A stretch of 64,000 nucleotides of DNA from an uncultured Verrucomicrobiae bacterium (lineage in GTDB: Bacteria; Verrucomicrobiota; Verrucomicrobiia; Chthoniobacterales; JAFAMB01). Numbering within the stretch: position 1 is the stretch's first letter; the number at the start of each line of letters is the position of its first letter. The notes beneath the pieces are model-generated. The model made no database searches and was not told the origin of the DNA. It worked only from the letters and a program-made list of their open reading frames with translations. A program made the translations under genes and the position numbers. The stretch lies in contig CAWIPH010000002.1 of assembly GCA_963837955.1 (NCBI GenBank), positions 384,001 through 448,000 on the forward strand, written 5' to 3'. Of this stretch, positions 10,293 to 21,172 are shown piece after piece.

Positions 10293-10769
10293 CTAGGTAC
10301 CCACCGAAATCTGCTGCTCGGCGATGTGATTGTTAACTGCCTTTTTAGGAGCCGCTGATTTCTTCGCGGTAGCGCGACCGCTGACCATAAGGTCCGCGAT
10401 CTGGATCTCACCTTTGATCGCTTTCGCTATCCGGCTACTGCTTCGAGCCAGGATCGGGACACCGGCATTAAGAAGAGTGTGGGCGAAAGCCTCGTGCTCT
10501 GACTCCGTACCATTACCCTTTACGCCTGCCTTCCGGTAAGCTCTGGCGACCTTGGATCGCATAGGCTTGGTGAGTTCGGACTGCGCAGGAGCCGATTTGA
10601 CGGGCTTTTGCTTGGCTTTGATCTCTTTTATCGTCTCGTCAATGTTAACCGTCCCTGGCTCGAAATTGAGAACGACGTCGCCCTTCCTAGGGGCTAGTCT
10701 CTTGAGTTGGTTTTGAACTCCGCGAGGGGTTTTGCGTTCACAAGCCGGTTTACTAGTGGCATTTTTCAC
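10293..10769 (-). CDS. Basic Lys/Ala-rich hypothetical protein
   Basis: 158-aa GTG ORF downstream of an AT-rich promoter-like region. Confidence 0.55.
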   Translation of the reverse strand: MKNATSKPACERKTPRGVQNQLKRLAPRKGDVVLNFEPGTVNIDETIKEIKAKQKPVKSAPAQSELTKPMRSKVARAYRKAGVKGNGTESEHEAFAHTLLNAGVPILARSSSRIAKAIKGEIQIADLMVSGRATAKKSAAPKKAVNNHIAEQQISVGT

Positions 10770-11755
10770 AACAGCAACACATAGTAAACAAGTTGTATAA
10801 AGTAAAATATAAAACCCAACGGGTTATAACATAGTTGTAAGTTGTCGCCGCGTGGTGTTGTACCGACGAAAAGACAGCCCCCCACCCGGAGTGCCCGCCG
10901 TTATGTATCTGGAACTTCTCTCGGTAGAACGGGAAGATTAGCTTATTCGTCCAGATAGACGCTGACCGCCAGGCCCGCTCCGAAAGCTATCCACCTTTCG
11001 ACTCCGTAGCTTACGCGCTGTTATCGAACCGACACTACCTCCGATCTCAAGCTATCTTGCTCGGCGGTTGTTAAACTAGTTTGCGCTCCTTCGCCTCAGG
11101 AGTCGGCCTTTGCGCCGGTGCAATCCGTCTTGGGCTATCCAATCCCATTCGCGGTAAAGCTTCGATGCCGCCAGATAGGGAAAGAGATCACGCCGTGCTT
11201 CGCGTTCGCGATCGGGATCCTCAGCAAAGGAGTCTTCTATATACGCTCGCATTTTCTCTTTCAGTTCACCTTCGGGAAGGGAAAGCGCGTGTGCCAGTTC
11301 AACCACCGGATGATTCGATTCTAGCGCGGCTAACCATTTTGATCGGGCCATGGGTTGCGCGGATTCGGGAACTTCGATCTTTTGAGGGTTCGTCAGCGGC
11401 GCTAACGCCGTACATTTTGAGCGGAAGGAATTTACAAGTGAGTTGATTTGCTCAAGCTCGCCACCATCCGGGCCTTTCTGGACAGCAGGACCACAATGCG
11501 ACTGCGTGGACGCACGGCGCCCGTACAAGATGGCGAGCACACAAACATGGACAAGGAAGTACACAAATTGTGTCGGCGAACATTGTCGCTCACTGTTGCC
11601 GCGCGAGACGTCAATGAAGTCGATTTTGTAACAACACGAGAAAATGCCATGCTCGCACTCGCGTGGTGCGGTGACGAGGGCCGAAGTTTTTCGCTGTGCC
11701 TTCAGCTCGCGTTTTGCGGACGCTTGCTTGAGCGCAGCGGACCGGCAGTCATGAC

Positions 11756-12649
11756 CTATGAGAGCTGTTGGCTGGCCAAGGACGCGGCAACGAGTTTTCT
11801 GATATTCTCGCCAAAGCCGCTCTGTCGATAGAGCAAACCCACTTCCAAAAAGTGTGCCCGGGAAACAAACGGCACGAAACGAACACGATCTCCCGCGACG
11901 GCGGTAATGAACTCGCCGACGACCGCCACGCCACGTCCGCTTTCAACAGCCGCGACGACGCTCAATACGTCAGCGCATTCCTGGATGATCATTAGCCGGC
12001 CCTTGCTGACTCTGAGGATCTTTGACACCCACTGATGATACTCTGGGAACTCTCTGGCTCGATAGACTACCAACTCACTCATTGCGACCACCAACGGGCG
12101 CACCGCAGGTTGCTGGGCCAGCGGACTTGAATTGGAACAGATGATCCCCACCGGATGACGACGGATGGTTTCAAACTTCAGCCCTCGCATCTCCCCGGCG
12201 GCTGGCCGAATCGTCAGTGCGGCATGTAGCTTACCCGCTCTCAATCCCGACAGCATCTCGGTGTGGGTAAGATCGTGGAGGGTAAGGCGTGCGCCCGGTG
12301 ACAGCTCATGATATCGGCAGAGCACTTTGGATATGATTGCAGCAGTCGGCGAGGGAGCGTAACCAATTCGAAGCTCCTCCTGACTCTCCTTTTCAATCAT
12401 CTGCGCCTCCTCTCGCAGCGATTCGGCATCGCGGACCAGTTTTCGTGAGCGAGCCAGCACCGCATGTCCGACCCGGGTGAGTCGCACTCTCTGAGTATTT
12501 CGATCAAGCAACTTGACCTTTAGTTCCGCTTCAAGGCCTCGAATCTGTCGGCTGAGCGGGGGTTGCGATACGTGCAACCGCTCGGCGGCGCGTGAGAAAT
12601 TTAACTCCTCGGCAACTGCAATGAAGTAACGCAAATGACGTAATTCCAT
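11756..12649 (-). CDS. LysR family transcriptional regulator
   Basis: MELRHLRYFIAVAEELNFSRAAERLHVSQPPLSRQI HTH plus substrate-binding domain. Confidence 0.97.
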   Translation of the reverse strand: MELRHLRYFIAVAEELNFSRAAERLHVSQPPLSRQIRGLEAELKVKLLDRNTQRVRLTRVGHAVLARSRKLVRDAESLREEAQMIEKESQEELRIGYAPSPTAAIISKVLCRYHELSPGARLTLHDLTHTEMLSGLRAGKLHAALTIRPAAGEMRGLKFETIRRHPVGIICSNSSPLAQQPAVRPLVVAMSELVVYRAREFPEYHQWVSKILRVSKGRLMIIQECADVLSVVAAVESGRGVAVVGEFITAVAGDRVRFVPFVSRAHFLEVGLLYRQSGFGENIRKLVAASLASQQLS

Positions 12650-12674
12650 CTCTTCGATTTCAACCGCGACGAGG

Positions 12675-12695
12675 TTAATACCTTTTGGGCATCAA
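12675..12695. promoter_or_regulatory. Putative LysR T-N11-A operator
   Basis: Imperfect dyad ttaataccttttgggcatcaa just upstream of the LysR start, in the divergent intergenic region. Confidence 0.55.
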
Positions 12696-12995
12696 GCCAC
12701 GTCCAAAATGGTAATTCCACGATTTGGATTAATGGGGCAATTCTTGCGAGTCGTTATTCAACCGAAATCAATTTTCCGCATACCGCTGTCAGAATCCGGG
12801 GGGACTGGGCTTTGTGCGTGGTCGTCGCGGATCTGGAACCAAATCCTGAAAACCCCCGCCGTCGCGCCTGAGACAAGCTTTACAGGTCGAGAGAGACGAA
12901 ATTAGGTCTCGCAGCGTCGTTGTGCTTGCCTAAGCGGAGGGAAAAAGAAGAAGGAGCTGGAATTTGCGGTGTGCGACAAAACACAAGGAGACATT

Positions 12996-14018
12996 ATGAA
13001 GAAAGAGCTACTCAAAAGACCTTTAACTGTACTCGTATTTGCAGTCGCTTTAGCTTTTGCGGCTTCGACGACTTACTCACAGGAAAGCGAGTACTACGTT
13101 CCGCTTTTGCCAAAAGTGAGAGAACGGATGCTGCCCGTAGATTATTCAAAGGGCTATTTGGTTAAGGAAATCAAGCCGGACGTTTACATCATCACGGACG
13201 GTGCCTACCAATCAATGTTTGTCACGACGGGCCAGGGCGTGATCCTATTCGACGCCCCGCCGTCGTTCGCTCAACACATCAAGCAGGCGGTTGCCGAAGT
13301 CACAAAAGAGCCGATTCACAAGCTCATTTACAGCCATGCTCACGTTGACCACATTGCGGGCGCTGAGTTTCTCAAAGACATTCCGAATCTGGAAATCATC
13401 TCCGAAAAGGGGGTGGCGGATTTCCTCAAAGAAATGAAAGACCCGCGAAGACCAGTGCCGACGAAAACATTCGTCAATCAAACAGAAATAAAATTCGGCA
13501 CGGCTGAAATCGAACTCAAAAAGAAAGAGTACCACTCCAACGAAGGCGACTTGTTTATCTATCTGCCGAAAAAGAAAGTTTTGATGGCGATTGACACGCT
13601 CGCGCCGGGCTATGTGCCGTTTATGAATTTCGACCTAACGACAAATATGCACGAGTATTTGAAAATGTTCGATGAGTTATTGTCCTATGATTTCGACGTC
13701 TTGATTACGGGACATCTTACATCGCTCGGAACCCGTCAGGATGTGATCGATACCAAAAATTATACGATGGACGTTTACGAAACCGTCAAACGAATCCACA
13801 ACTCCGCCGATCAGAAGAAAATGGCGATGGACACGATTAAGGAATTCGGTGCGGATATTAAATTTCTCATTTTCAAGCAGATTGTCGATCCATTGATCGA
13901 GCAAAGTTATCAGGAGATAAAGTCGCGCTGGATCGACAAGTTAGCCGCCGTGGACATTTACGGCAGGAGCCATGCCCGAACAATGCTGATTTATGTGCGT
14001 TGGGACGACAAACTTTGA
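12996..14018 (+). CDS. Exported MBL-fold metallo-hydrolase
   Basis: AGGAG RBS, signal peptide, HAHVDH motif, later His/Asp ligands (YHS, TGH). Confidence 0.9.
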   Translation: MKKELLKRPLTVLVFAVALAFAASTTYSQESEYYVPLLPKVRERMLPVDYSKGYLVKEIKPDVYIITDGAYQSMFVTTGQGVILFDAPPSFAQHIKQAVAEVTKEPIHKLIYSHAHVDHIAGAEFLKDIPNLEIISEKGVADFLKEMKDPRRPVPTKTFVNQTEIKFGTAEIELKKKEYHSNEGDLFIYLPKKKVLMAIDTLAPGYVPFMNFDLTTNMHEYLKMFDELLSYDFDVLITGHLTSLGTRQDVIDTKNYTMDVYETVKRIHNSADQKKMAMDTIKEFGADIKFLIFKQIVDPLIEQSYQEIKSRWIDKLAAVDIYGRSHARTMLIYVRWDDKL

Positions 14019-14420
14019 AACGAAATCAAAGAGGAGAAGACAAAAGACGTTCGATCGGCCCGAAACGAACAACAAAACAATATGCCAAAGACTAATATTG
14101 AAATCGTCCGGGAACTCCTTAGAGCGGTTCGGTTCCGATTGGAAGATTATCCTGTATACGTTCACCACGCAGCCACGGCAGGGAGAACAGTAATCGCCGG
14201 TAATCAAGTGGAAGAATAGGCCCGACCAAAATGACTACACCTCAAACGATGCACGCGGTTGCCATCGACGGCCGCCGCATCGATCGCATACCGTGCGACG
14301 CAACTGCCCCGCGCTGCGGCCAAGTCCGCCAAGCATTTGGGCCGACAGAACATCGGGTGACAACCCAATGCTGCAACCCGTGCACTCTTTAGTGAACCAT
14401 AGACAAGGAACCTAATTATC

Positions 14421-15059
14421 ATGAATACTGCAATCATCGGCCTGGGAAACATCGGTTCCCAATTGGCGAAAAATCTGACCGCCGGCGGAGAAAACGTCAT
14501 CGTCGCCGACAGAACCTTGGCGAAGGCAGAGAAGCTTGCCGCCGAACTGGGCGGCAAAGCCAGACCCATGCCTGTCGCTGACGCAATCAGCAAATCGGAT
14601 GTGGTCGTCCTCGCAATCTACTTCGATGCGATCAAGGACCTGCTCGCGACATATCGCGGCGGTTTGGCCGGAAAAGTCATTGTCGACCCTTCGAACCCGA
14701 TAGCCCCGGATGGAAAGGGTGGCTTCAAGAAGACGATCCCGCCTGACCAATCATCAGGACAGCTCATCGCCGCGCTCCTCCCGGAAGGGGCAGAACTCGT
14801 CAAGGCATTCGGCACGCTGGGTGCTCAGTCCTTGGCGTCCGGAGTCAACCGTTCGCCGGAACGCGCGGTGCTGTTCTATGCAACGGATTACCCGGAAGCG
14901 GGCAGAGCCGTTGCCAGACTGATTACGGCCAGCGGTTTTTCGCCCGTCCGCGTAGGCGGTCTCGACCAGTCCATTCGCATCGAAGTGGGCGGCGACCTTC
15001 ACGAATTCGGAAAGCTCGGAAAGCTGGTGTCAGCCAAGGAAGCGGAGGCTCTAGTCTGA
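14421..15059 (+). CDS. F420-dependent NADP oxidoreductase-like dinucleotide-binding protein
   Basis: GLGNIG Rossmann motif, VIVDPSNP, VKAFGT. Confidence 0.9.
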   Translation: MNTAIIGLGNIGSQLAKNLTAGGENVIVADRTLAKAEKLAAELGGKARPMPVADAISKSDVVVLAIYFDAIKDLLATYRGGLAGKVIVDPSNPIAPDGKGGFKKTIPPDQSSGQLIAALLPEGAELVKAFGTLGAQSLASGVNRSPERAVLFYATDYPEAGRAVARLITASGFSPVRVGGLDQSIRIEVGGDLHEFGKLGKLVSAKEAEALV

Positions 15060-15396
15060 CTTTCGGGACGACCGCTGGCGCTGGCACGTAGTCGGCATCT
15101 GCAGTTCGTCGGGTCGAAAATCCCAGCCTCTTCTACGACACAGCCAAAAAAGCGGCGCTGCCACCAGGTGGTGCGGAACCCGACTTTGGACCTGCACCGG
15201 TCCCGCCAGCCCAACCAAAAGCCGAGAGCATGAAACAGTAAACTATCAAGCCGCTTAAACTTAACCGACCGAAACCAACGTCCCGCATGACCGCAGTCGT
15301 AATTCTCGCGGGTTTGGCTTTGTGCCTTGCCGTGGGCAACCTGCCGGCGACCAGTCCAGCAGACCATTCCGCCGCAACCTCCTCCGAACAAAACCG

Positions 15397-15795
15397 ATGA
15401 AAATCATGAACCAAGAAATCACAAACCTACTCAAGGCCTACGAAAAGGCGCTCAACACAAGCGATACGAAGGCGGCCATGGCGCTTTATGGAAGCGAGCC
15501 TATCTTTATGGCCCAAAACGCGGTTGCCTGCATTGGCCGCGATGCGGTGCAAGCGAGTTATCAACACATCTTCGAGGCCCTTAAACTGAACGTCGTTTTC
15601 AGCGTCCACGAAATCGTTGAGATGGGCGACCTGGCGTATGGCCGCACTACTTCGGCCGGACAACAGGAGGTCCTCGCGGCCCATACGACGTCGAAGGAAG
15701 CGAACAACGAATTGTTCATCTTTCGCAAGGAAGAGGGGCATTGGAAAATTCACCGCTATCTGTTTGCCACCTCCAATCCGCCCGCAGCTAACTGA
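15397..15795 (+). CDS. SnoaL/NTF2-like (DUF4440-type) protein
   Basis: YEKALN..D....ALY, GRDAV, DLAYGRT, ELFIFRKEEGHWKIHRY. Confidence 0.85.
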   Translation: MKIMNQEITNLLKAYEKALNTSDTKAAMALYGSEPIFMAQNAVACIGRDAVQASYQHIFEALKLNVVFSVHEIVEMGDLAYGRTTSAGQQEVLAAHTTSKEANNELFIFRKEEGHWKIHRYLFATSNPPAAN

Positions 15796-15832
15796 TGCCT
15801 TCCTTTTTTGATCGAACTCAAACATTCCCATG

Positions 15833-15972
15833 ATGGATACGGTTGCAGCCCATTCATCACCGGATTTCCACCAACAAATTTGACGCCGCACGCTTTGCTA
15901 TCCGAACCCGAGATTCGGGAAGTGGTTGAGCTTGCGACTGAGGCGCCGTCTTCGTTGAACATCCAGCACTGG
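15833..15972 (+). pseudogene. N-terminal remnant of a nitroreductase
   Basis: With two frameshifts reads MDTVAA/IHHRISTNKFDAAR/LLSEPEIREVVELATEAPSSLNIQHW, then truncated. Confidence 0.75.
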
Positions 15973-16376
15973 TGAGACTGTCATCGAACTCAAAAGAGGC
16001 CGTAACCGAAAGTGCGATTTATATTATGATCAAACGTTGGTCACTTCACATCTTGGAGCACGGGACTGTTCCAGCTGTCGCTTTAGCTTTGCCTATCGCT
16101 CCCACTAACAGCAGGAGCTGGCAAAGATACGCCGGCAACGGTAGAAGAGTTCATGATCGACTGCTATGGCAATTGGCCAGATTAAAGCGGACCAAAAATT
16201 CCGCGGGTAGAGCCATCCATGTGACCGCATCCCGCAGTCTCGAAAGCCTGTGTTCTCTCCGCTCTCGACGGCTGCCTTAAATCTTCAAGAGCGTCGCGCG
16301 TTTCCTGGATCTCCTTTGCGGCGAGCCAGTTCGCTTCTGGTGGCTCGGGCGCGGCTAGCGATGCGATTTAGTAAAA

Positions 16377-16775
16377 TTATTCGACTTCCCAGAAAAACTT
16401 CGCCAACGGCGTCGCGTTAGTGGGCAATCGATCAAAGAAACCAAGATCGGCGATTTCCTCGGCAGGAAAATGCATGCGGACGGCGTGCCTCTGTACCGAG
16501 ACTCTGAACAAAATTGTGATCGCTCCGCGCTTGGGTCGATCATACATCTGAAGATAATTGGTCGATCTAACTCCCAATCCGGTTTCTTCGCGCACCTCGC
16601 GTTTCAGGGCGCGCTCAAGGGATTCGTTCCGCTTAACTTTACCTCCAGGCAGCGTCCAAAGTTTTTGACCGACGACTTGGCGAACAAGCAAGACGGAGCC
16701 TTTATCATCCTCAATCCATGCCATCACGGAGACTTCCTTCTTCGGGTTAAATCTTACGCGCTTCTTTTTCGGCAT
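16377..16775 (-). CDS. NUDIX hydrolase
   Basis: Nudix box GGKVKRNESLERALKREVREETGL. Confidence 0.93.
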   Translation of the reverse strand: MPKKKRVRFNPKKEVSVMAWIEDDKGSVLLVRQVVGQKLWTLPGGKVKRNESLERALKREVREETGLGVRSTNYLQMYDRPKRGAITILFRVSVQRHAVRMHFPAEEIADLGFFDRLPTNATPLAKFFWEVE

Positions 16776-17252
16776 CCTTCGGTCGCCCTAAACCATGATA
16801 CTTGGGCCGCGGCGACGCGATAAAATTATCATGTGCCCGCAGGCCGCCGTCCCTAAACCCCGGTTTGTCTCATCGGCTAAGTGGTGACACCGGGTGCGCG
16901 GAGTGAGACGCACCCTGATGCCGGAAGCCGGGAATATCCCCAGTCTTGTAACCCAGACTTCACTATTAGTTCGTAGCCTGAGGGTGTAGTGTGCGTCTCT
17001 TAGGAGAGAGTGAGGAACTCGGCATCTTTTGGGCCAATGGAATACGATCTGGATACCAACCGATAAGCGACCCGGCCGGCATTGGGCCAAGGCGAGGTTG
17101 TGCCCATTCTGCCTGGCAGCATGAGGCGAGATTCGCAAACTACGCGCAAAGTCGTTCCAGGGCGTTCGCTCGAAGTGCGGAGCGGGCGGGCCGAAGCGTG
17201 AAAGCCACGAGCGAGCGCTTAGGGCGTGGAATGGTCGGATAAGTCGTGCAGT

Positions 17253-17789
17253 TTAATAAATCCGCTTACGCGGAGTGACGTTTCTGACCACGCGCGCTGC
17301 CCAGACCTTTAAAAACGTTTCCCGCAGGGCCTGCAGATCGTCAGCTTCCTTTTGCAAACCGGCTTGAGAAAGGAGCTGCTGCTGGGTTTTGAATGTCCTA
17401 CGGGCCGTGAACTTTGTTCGGATGGCACCCTTGCCGCCTATGGTGTCTGGCCGCCAATGCGAGTGAAGAATTTGATTTCGGCGTTCCTCGACCTTCTTGC
17501 ATTTGTTTAGAAACCTGTCGAGTTCTTTGTGCTCGACTGCATCATTGAAACGGTGCTGGTAGAGGGCTCCGAATAAGTCGAGAGTCGCTTGAAAAGAGAG
17601 TTGGGCGGTTACGATTACGCCGGGCCGGTAGTCATCAGAATCAAGGAGATTTCCGATCGCTACTTTGAGGTGGGTTTCGAGCAGCTGAAACTCGACGCAG
17701 ATTTTGCCGAGTGCTTCAACGGCCTTTTCGTAATTGAGCCTCACGACGGCCTCGTCGGGGTCCCTGCTTAGATATATTGGGGTAGCCAT
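17253..17789 (-). CDS. Helical protein with HEPN-like R-x4-H motif
   Basis: ALG....F..LE N-terminal helix and ERRNQILHS motif. Confidence 0.7.
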   Translation of the reverse strand: MATPIYLSRDPDEAVVRLNYEKAVEALGKICVEFQLLETHLKVAIGNLLDSDDYRPGVIVTAQLSFQATLDLFGALYQHRFNDAVEHKELDRFLNKCKKVEERRNQILHSHWRPDTIGGKGAIRTKFTARRTFKTQQQLLSQAGLQKEADDLQALRETFLKVWAARVVRNVTPRKRIY

Positions 17790-17924
17790 ATTCAGCCTTT
17801 GCGCTGGCGAGTGCGGTTCGCACTCTAACGGGATTTTACGCGGAGCGTCGCTCTAACCAAACAAAATAGAGAAATCCAACCGAAACGATAATCACCAATT
17901 TGTGCCGAATCCGGGTCACAAGTT

Positions 17925-18235
17925 TTAAGCCGATCGGTGAGCATAGCCGTGCGTGAACACGATTGCCGCTACCACCTCACCAGCAGTAATCTCAGCTGGA
18001 TCCAATATCCTGATAGAGTCCCCTTAATCCAGGCTGCCGCCACTCTGTTGGATTCCTCCTCTCCCTCCTTCGTTTCGAAGACGCTGACAGAGGCGAGCAC
18101 CCCTTCTCCAGTATCGATGACGTAATAAGCCAAAAAGCCAGTGATATTGCTGATGCGAGGGACCAATTCCTCATTGACTCGGCGAGCTACCTCCGGGCCT
18201 GAGTCGATTTTATGTCTTCGAACGCTTGCGTACAT
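17925..18235 (-). pseudogene. ABM-like dimeric alpha/beta barrel protein with C-terminal frameshift
   Basis: MYASVRRH...GFLAYYVID...SVSVFET...AAAWI; the expected tail LDPAEITAGEVV is in another frame (ORF track stop 17969). Confidence 0.65.
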
Positions 18236-18669
18236 ACTTTGTTCTTTCTGTTTTAAGTGAGACTAAGTTCGATCCTCGGCGACTCTCAACACGGTATGCT
18301 TGTATGAGCATGGATTATCGGCTCACTGAATTTAAGGCTGGTTATGGGTCGCATCCATCTACGACATATTTAGATCTTTCAGTCTATCGTTGTACGGTGA
18401 GCCGGGACACTTGAACTTTCGACCAACACCCAAAGCATCCGTTCGACGATCCAGGATTTGAAATCGGTGGTGACGCCGCGGTGCCATGCACGAGATAATG
18501 GATCAGCAGCTTCGAAAGATGGAACGTAACCGGTCGCCGTTCGCCGAGCCGTAAGTAGACTTCAGCCGGTGGTAAGCTTTACCGGTGCGAACTTATTGCC
18601 CGATAAATTCCTACGGTCTCGCGGTTGATCGCATCGGCGATCAATAACGCGGCGAAAATCGTAATGGCG

Positions 18670-19057
18670 TTGTAGTGCTCCTGGTTTGAACAGAATTTCG
18701 ATAAGAACTCGAAGTTGAACCTGAACCTCAGAAGACATGCCGACCCTGGCTAGAAGCAGCACGGCCTGAAAGCACGTTAGGGACGCCCGAAGAGCTGTTC
18801 ACGTGACCTCGGGCAATCTATTCGCATCTGTTGAAGCTTCCGACGATCCGAACGTGGACCACTAACATTACGGGTCGTCTGATAAAGATAGTCTTCTGTT
18901 CATCTCCCTGAGAAGCTCGTTTCACTTGGTGAATCTTCAGATAACGGGAGAGCTATTTAGTACTGATCTTTCAAAAACGGACCTGCCGGAATTGCAAAAC
19001 AAGTTGTTCACAGTGTTTGGTGTGAAACCACCACCTGCAAATGCCACAGAGACCTAA
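18670..19057. pseudogene. Scrambled remnants resembling a DUF5677/HEPN-type gene
   Basis: Minus strand TCFQAVLLLARVGMSSEVQVQLRVLIEILFK abuts plus strand RAVHVTSGNL...*HYGSSDKD...GELF...; family assignment from memory only. Confidence 0.35.
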
Positions 19058-19214
19058 TCTAGCAGAATAAGATGCCGAAACCTGTCGAGAAAAAGACCGG
19101 ATCCGTGAAGATAGAAGAGCTTGAGAACGCCGGGTTTCAGCCCACCGGGAAGTGGCATAACAAGGCAGGCGTCGCTTCTGCGCGAAGCTCTCTTTTTTGT
19201 TTGCCGCAACAGGC

Positions 19215-19616
19215 TTAAAGGACTAGCGGCCATGAAATCCGTATCTGGCCTTTGATGATCTTAGAGCCGTGGAATGTGAGCCTGGCGGCGATGTTAGTTT
19301 CTGCGAACCGATTGGGGGCAGGCGCACCCAATCGCACCCTTCCGAATACGAAAACCAGTTGATGGTGGCTGATACAGCCTGTGAGATCTCCGGAAAACAC
19401 TTTTAAGCTCTCTTGGAAGTACAGCGCCAATTGTCGGCAACCTTCCTTCCCGGAAAATGTAATGGCATTCGGAGGGGATTCCTGACCCACAGTGTGGGGG
19501 TCAGCTGCCGAGAGGGTCCACTGTACCGTGGCTGACAGGAAGCGATCCAGCTTTTCCAGATCGTTCAAATTAATCAGAGCGTTGTAAAACAGTTCGGCGA
19601 TCTCTGCTCGCTCCAT
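19215..19616 (-). CDS. SnoaL/NTF2-like protein
   Basis: Likely ATG 19616; D.EKL..FL...VQW, F.GKEG, VFVFGRV, LTFHGSKI pattern. Confidence 0.7.
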   Translation of the reverse strand: MERAEIAELFYNALINLNDLEKLDRFLSATVQWTLSAADPHTVGQESPPNAITFSGKEGCRQLALYFQESLKVFSGDLTGCISHHQLVFVFGRVRLGAPAPNRFAETNIAARLTFHGSKIIKGQIRISWPLVL

Positions 19617-21172
19617 TGGGGTGCGCCTAAAAAGAAGTTTACGGTCAGTGGTTGGCGCTCTCCTTGAAGTTGTGCCGGATAATTGCTTTAGAAGCTTTCG
19701 CAAGGGGGAGCGCTCTTATCTGTCGCCCCTGTTTAAGATATCGACTGATTTTCTGCTCAGGTTCTTCAAAATATCGAGGGAGGATCAGCAAGCATTCATC
19801 ATGCAGTACGAGTTAGCCCCAGCGGCCCGGCTTGCACGCTCAGGAAACCCACGCCGCAACAAGTTATAGGGATCGGATCGCTACAAGAAATTCCGCCGGT
19901 ATCCCTTTTTTACTAAAGCCACCGTTCTCGTCGGTGCGTTTGTTCTCCTAACCCCCGCTCCTCGGTCATTCGTATTTTGCGATGGTACATGAGCAGCGCG
20001 TTGTCGATCAAGCCGACAATCTATTGGCAGCAGGAGCGAGCCTAGGGCTCGCGCTTCCTTCCTCCGTCAGCACTAGGTCTTCACTTGTTAACTGCCCCTT
20101 AACAAAGCGGTCAATCTCTCGAGATCGTGCGTCGCTCGTCAGGTGAAAAACTTTGGAGATCGAACAACCGTTCGATCATTCCATCCTTGCTGATTTTCTG
20201 CGGCAGGATTTAACGCCCGGTTGGCCATCCTTTCTTCGTCTGTTCCCGGCAAAGGGGGCCAGCCATCCTTATCCTGCTGTGCTTTGTCTGCATCGTTTTA
20301 TATCAGTCGATGTTGCGGCTATCCATAAAAGAAGCGTTAGCAGCTTACAGCGAGACGGATGGGGATAAGGTGTTAAAAGCCCTCAAGTGGTACCAAATCC
20401 CCTGGGGAGAGGGGCTAATGGCCTCTTACCTGGGGATTTTCCTGTGCTCGGAAATAGCCTTCCTGTTGATGGCGGTGCAAGAATATCTGCAAGATTTACT
20501 GAGGATGAATGAGGAGGCACTCATCCGAGACACGCCGTTGCCTGGGAATGTTAAAACTGTCGATCCAGGACTAAAGCTTAGCGAAATTTCGCCTAAAAGC
20601 ACCGACAGCTAGCTTGCAGTATCTAGAAGGGGCTGCTCCCGAAGCATTATCCGGAACACCGAGGACACTTTCTAGCTTAATGAGAATACTCTTAACGGCC
20701 GACCTGCATTTTCGCTGGTTTGACGATTAAGTTGCTGTTGGCTGACCACGGTGCGTGTGTGTGCTGCGGCTCCAGTATCGGAGTGGATACGAGCGATCAT
20801 CCAACGTTCACGCCAAGCGCGATTGCACAGCCCGCCGTACGGGATGTGGTAGCGGTCACTGGGTCACTCAGCTCTCGAGCCGGTCGGGAACGAAACGAAG
20901 GCAACTTTTGCTATCTACGCGGATGGCGGCGGTATTTCCCCTCTCATTGCAGATGTTGCCAACAAACAGAGTGTTTCACGTCTTTTTGACACTCTTCGCG
21001 CGAGGGTTCACGGCGAAAAGTAGCGAGCTGGTCGTCATCAAGCACGTTCTGTGAAATTCCCCTCTTACTCGAGAGCTGAGCAGTTTGGCTATTTGGCTTG
21101 ATTGGGGCCGCAAACTAGAGCGCGACTCCACTGAGACGGCTCGCCCCTACCCTCCGCCGCAGCGCTCGTAAG

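Noticed and set aside
11076..11650. ORF 11076-11564 and overlapping frames
   Set aside because: Partly protein-like but no credible start or family; likely a fragment.
20972..20981. parS-like TGTTTCACGT (other half-sites near 32807 and 48286)
   Set aside because: Half-sites only; no full 16-bp palindrome.
19870..21100. ORFs 20310-20612, 20720-20989 and 20755-21054
   Set aside because: No motifs or convincing starts; not called.
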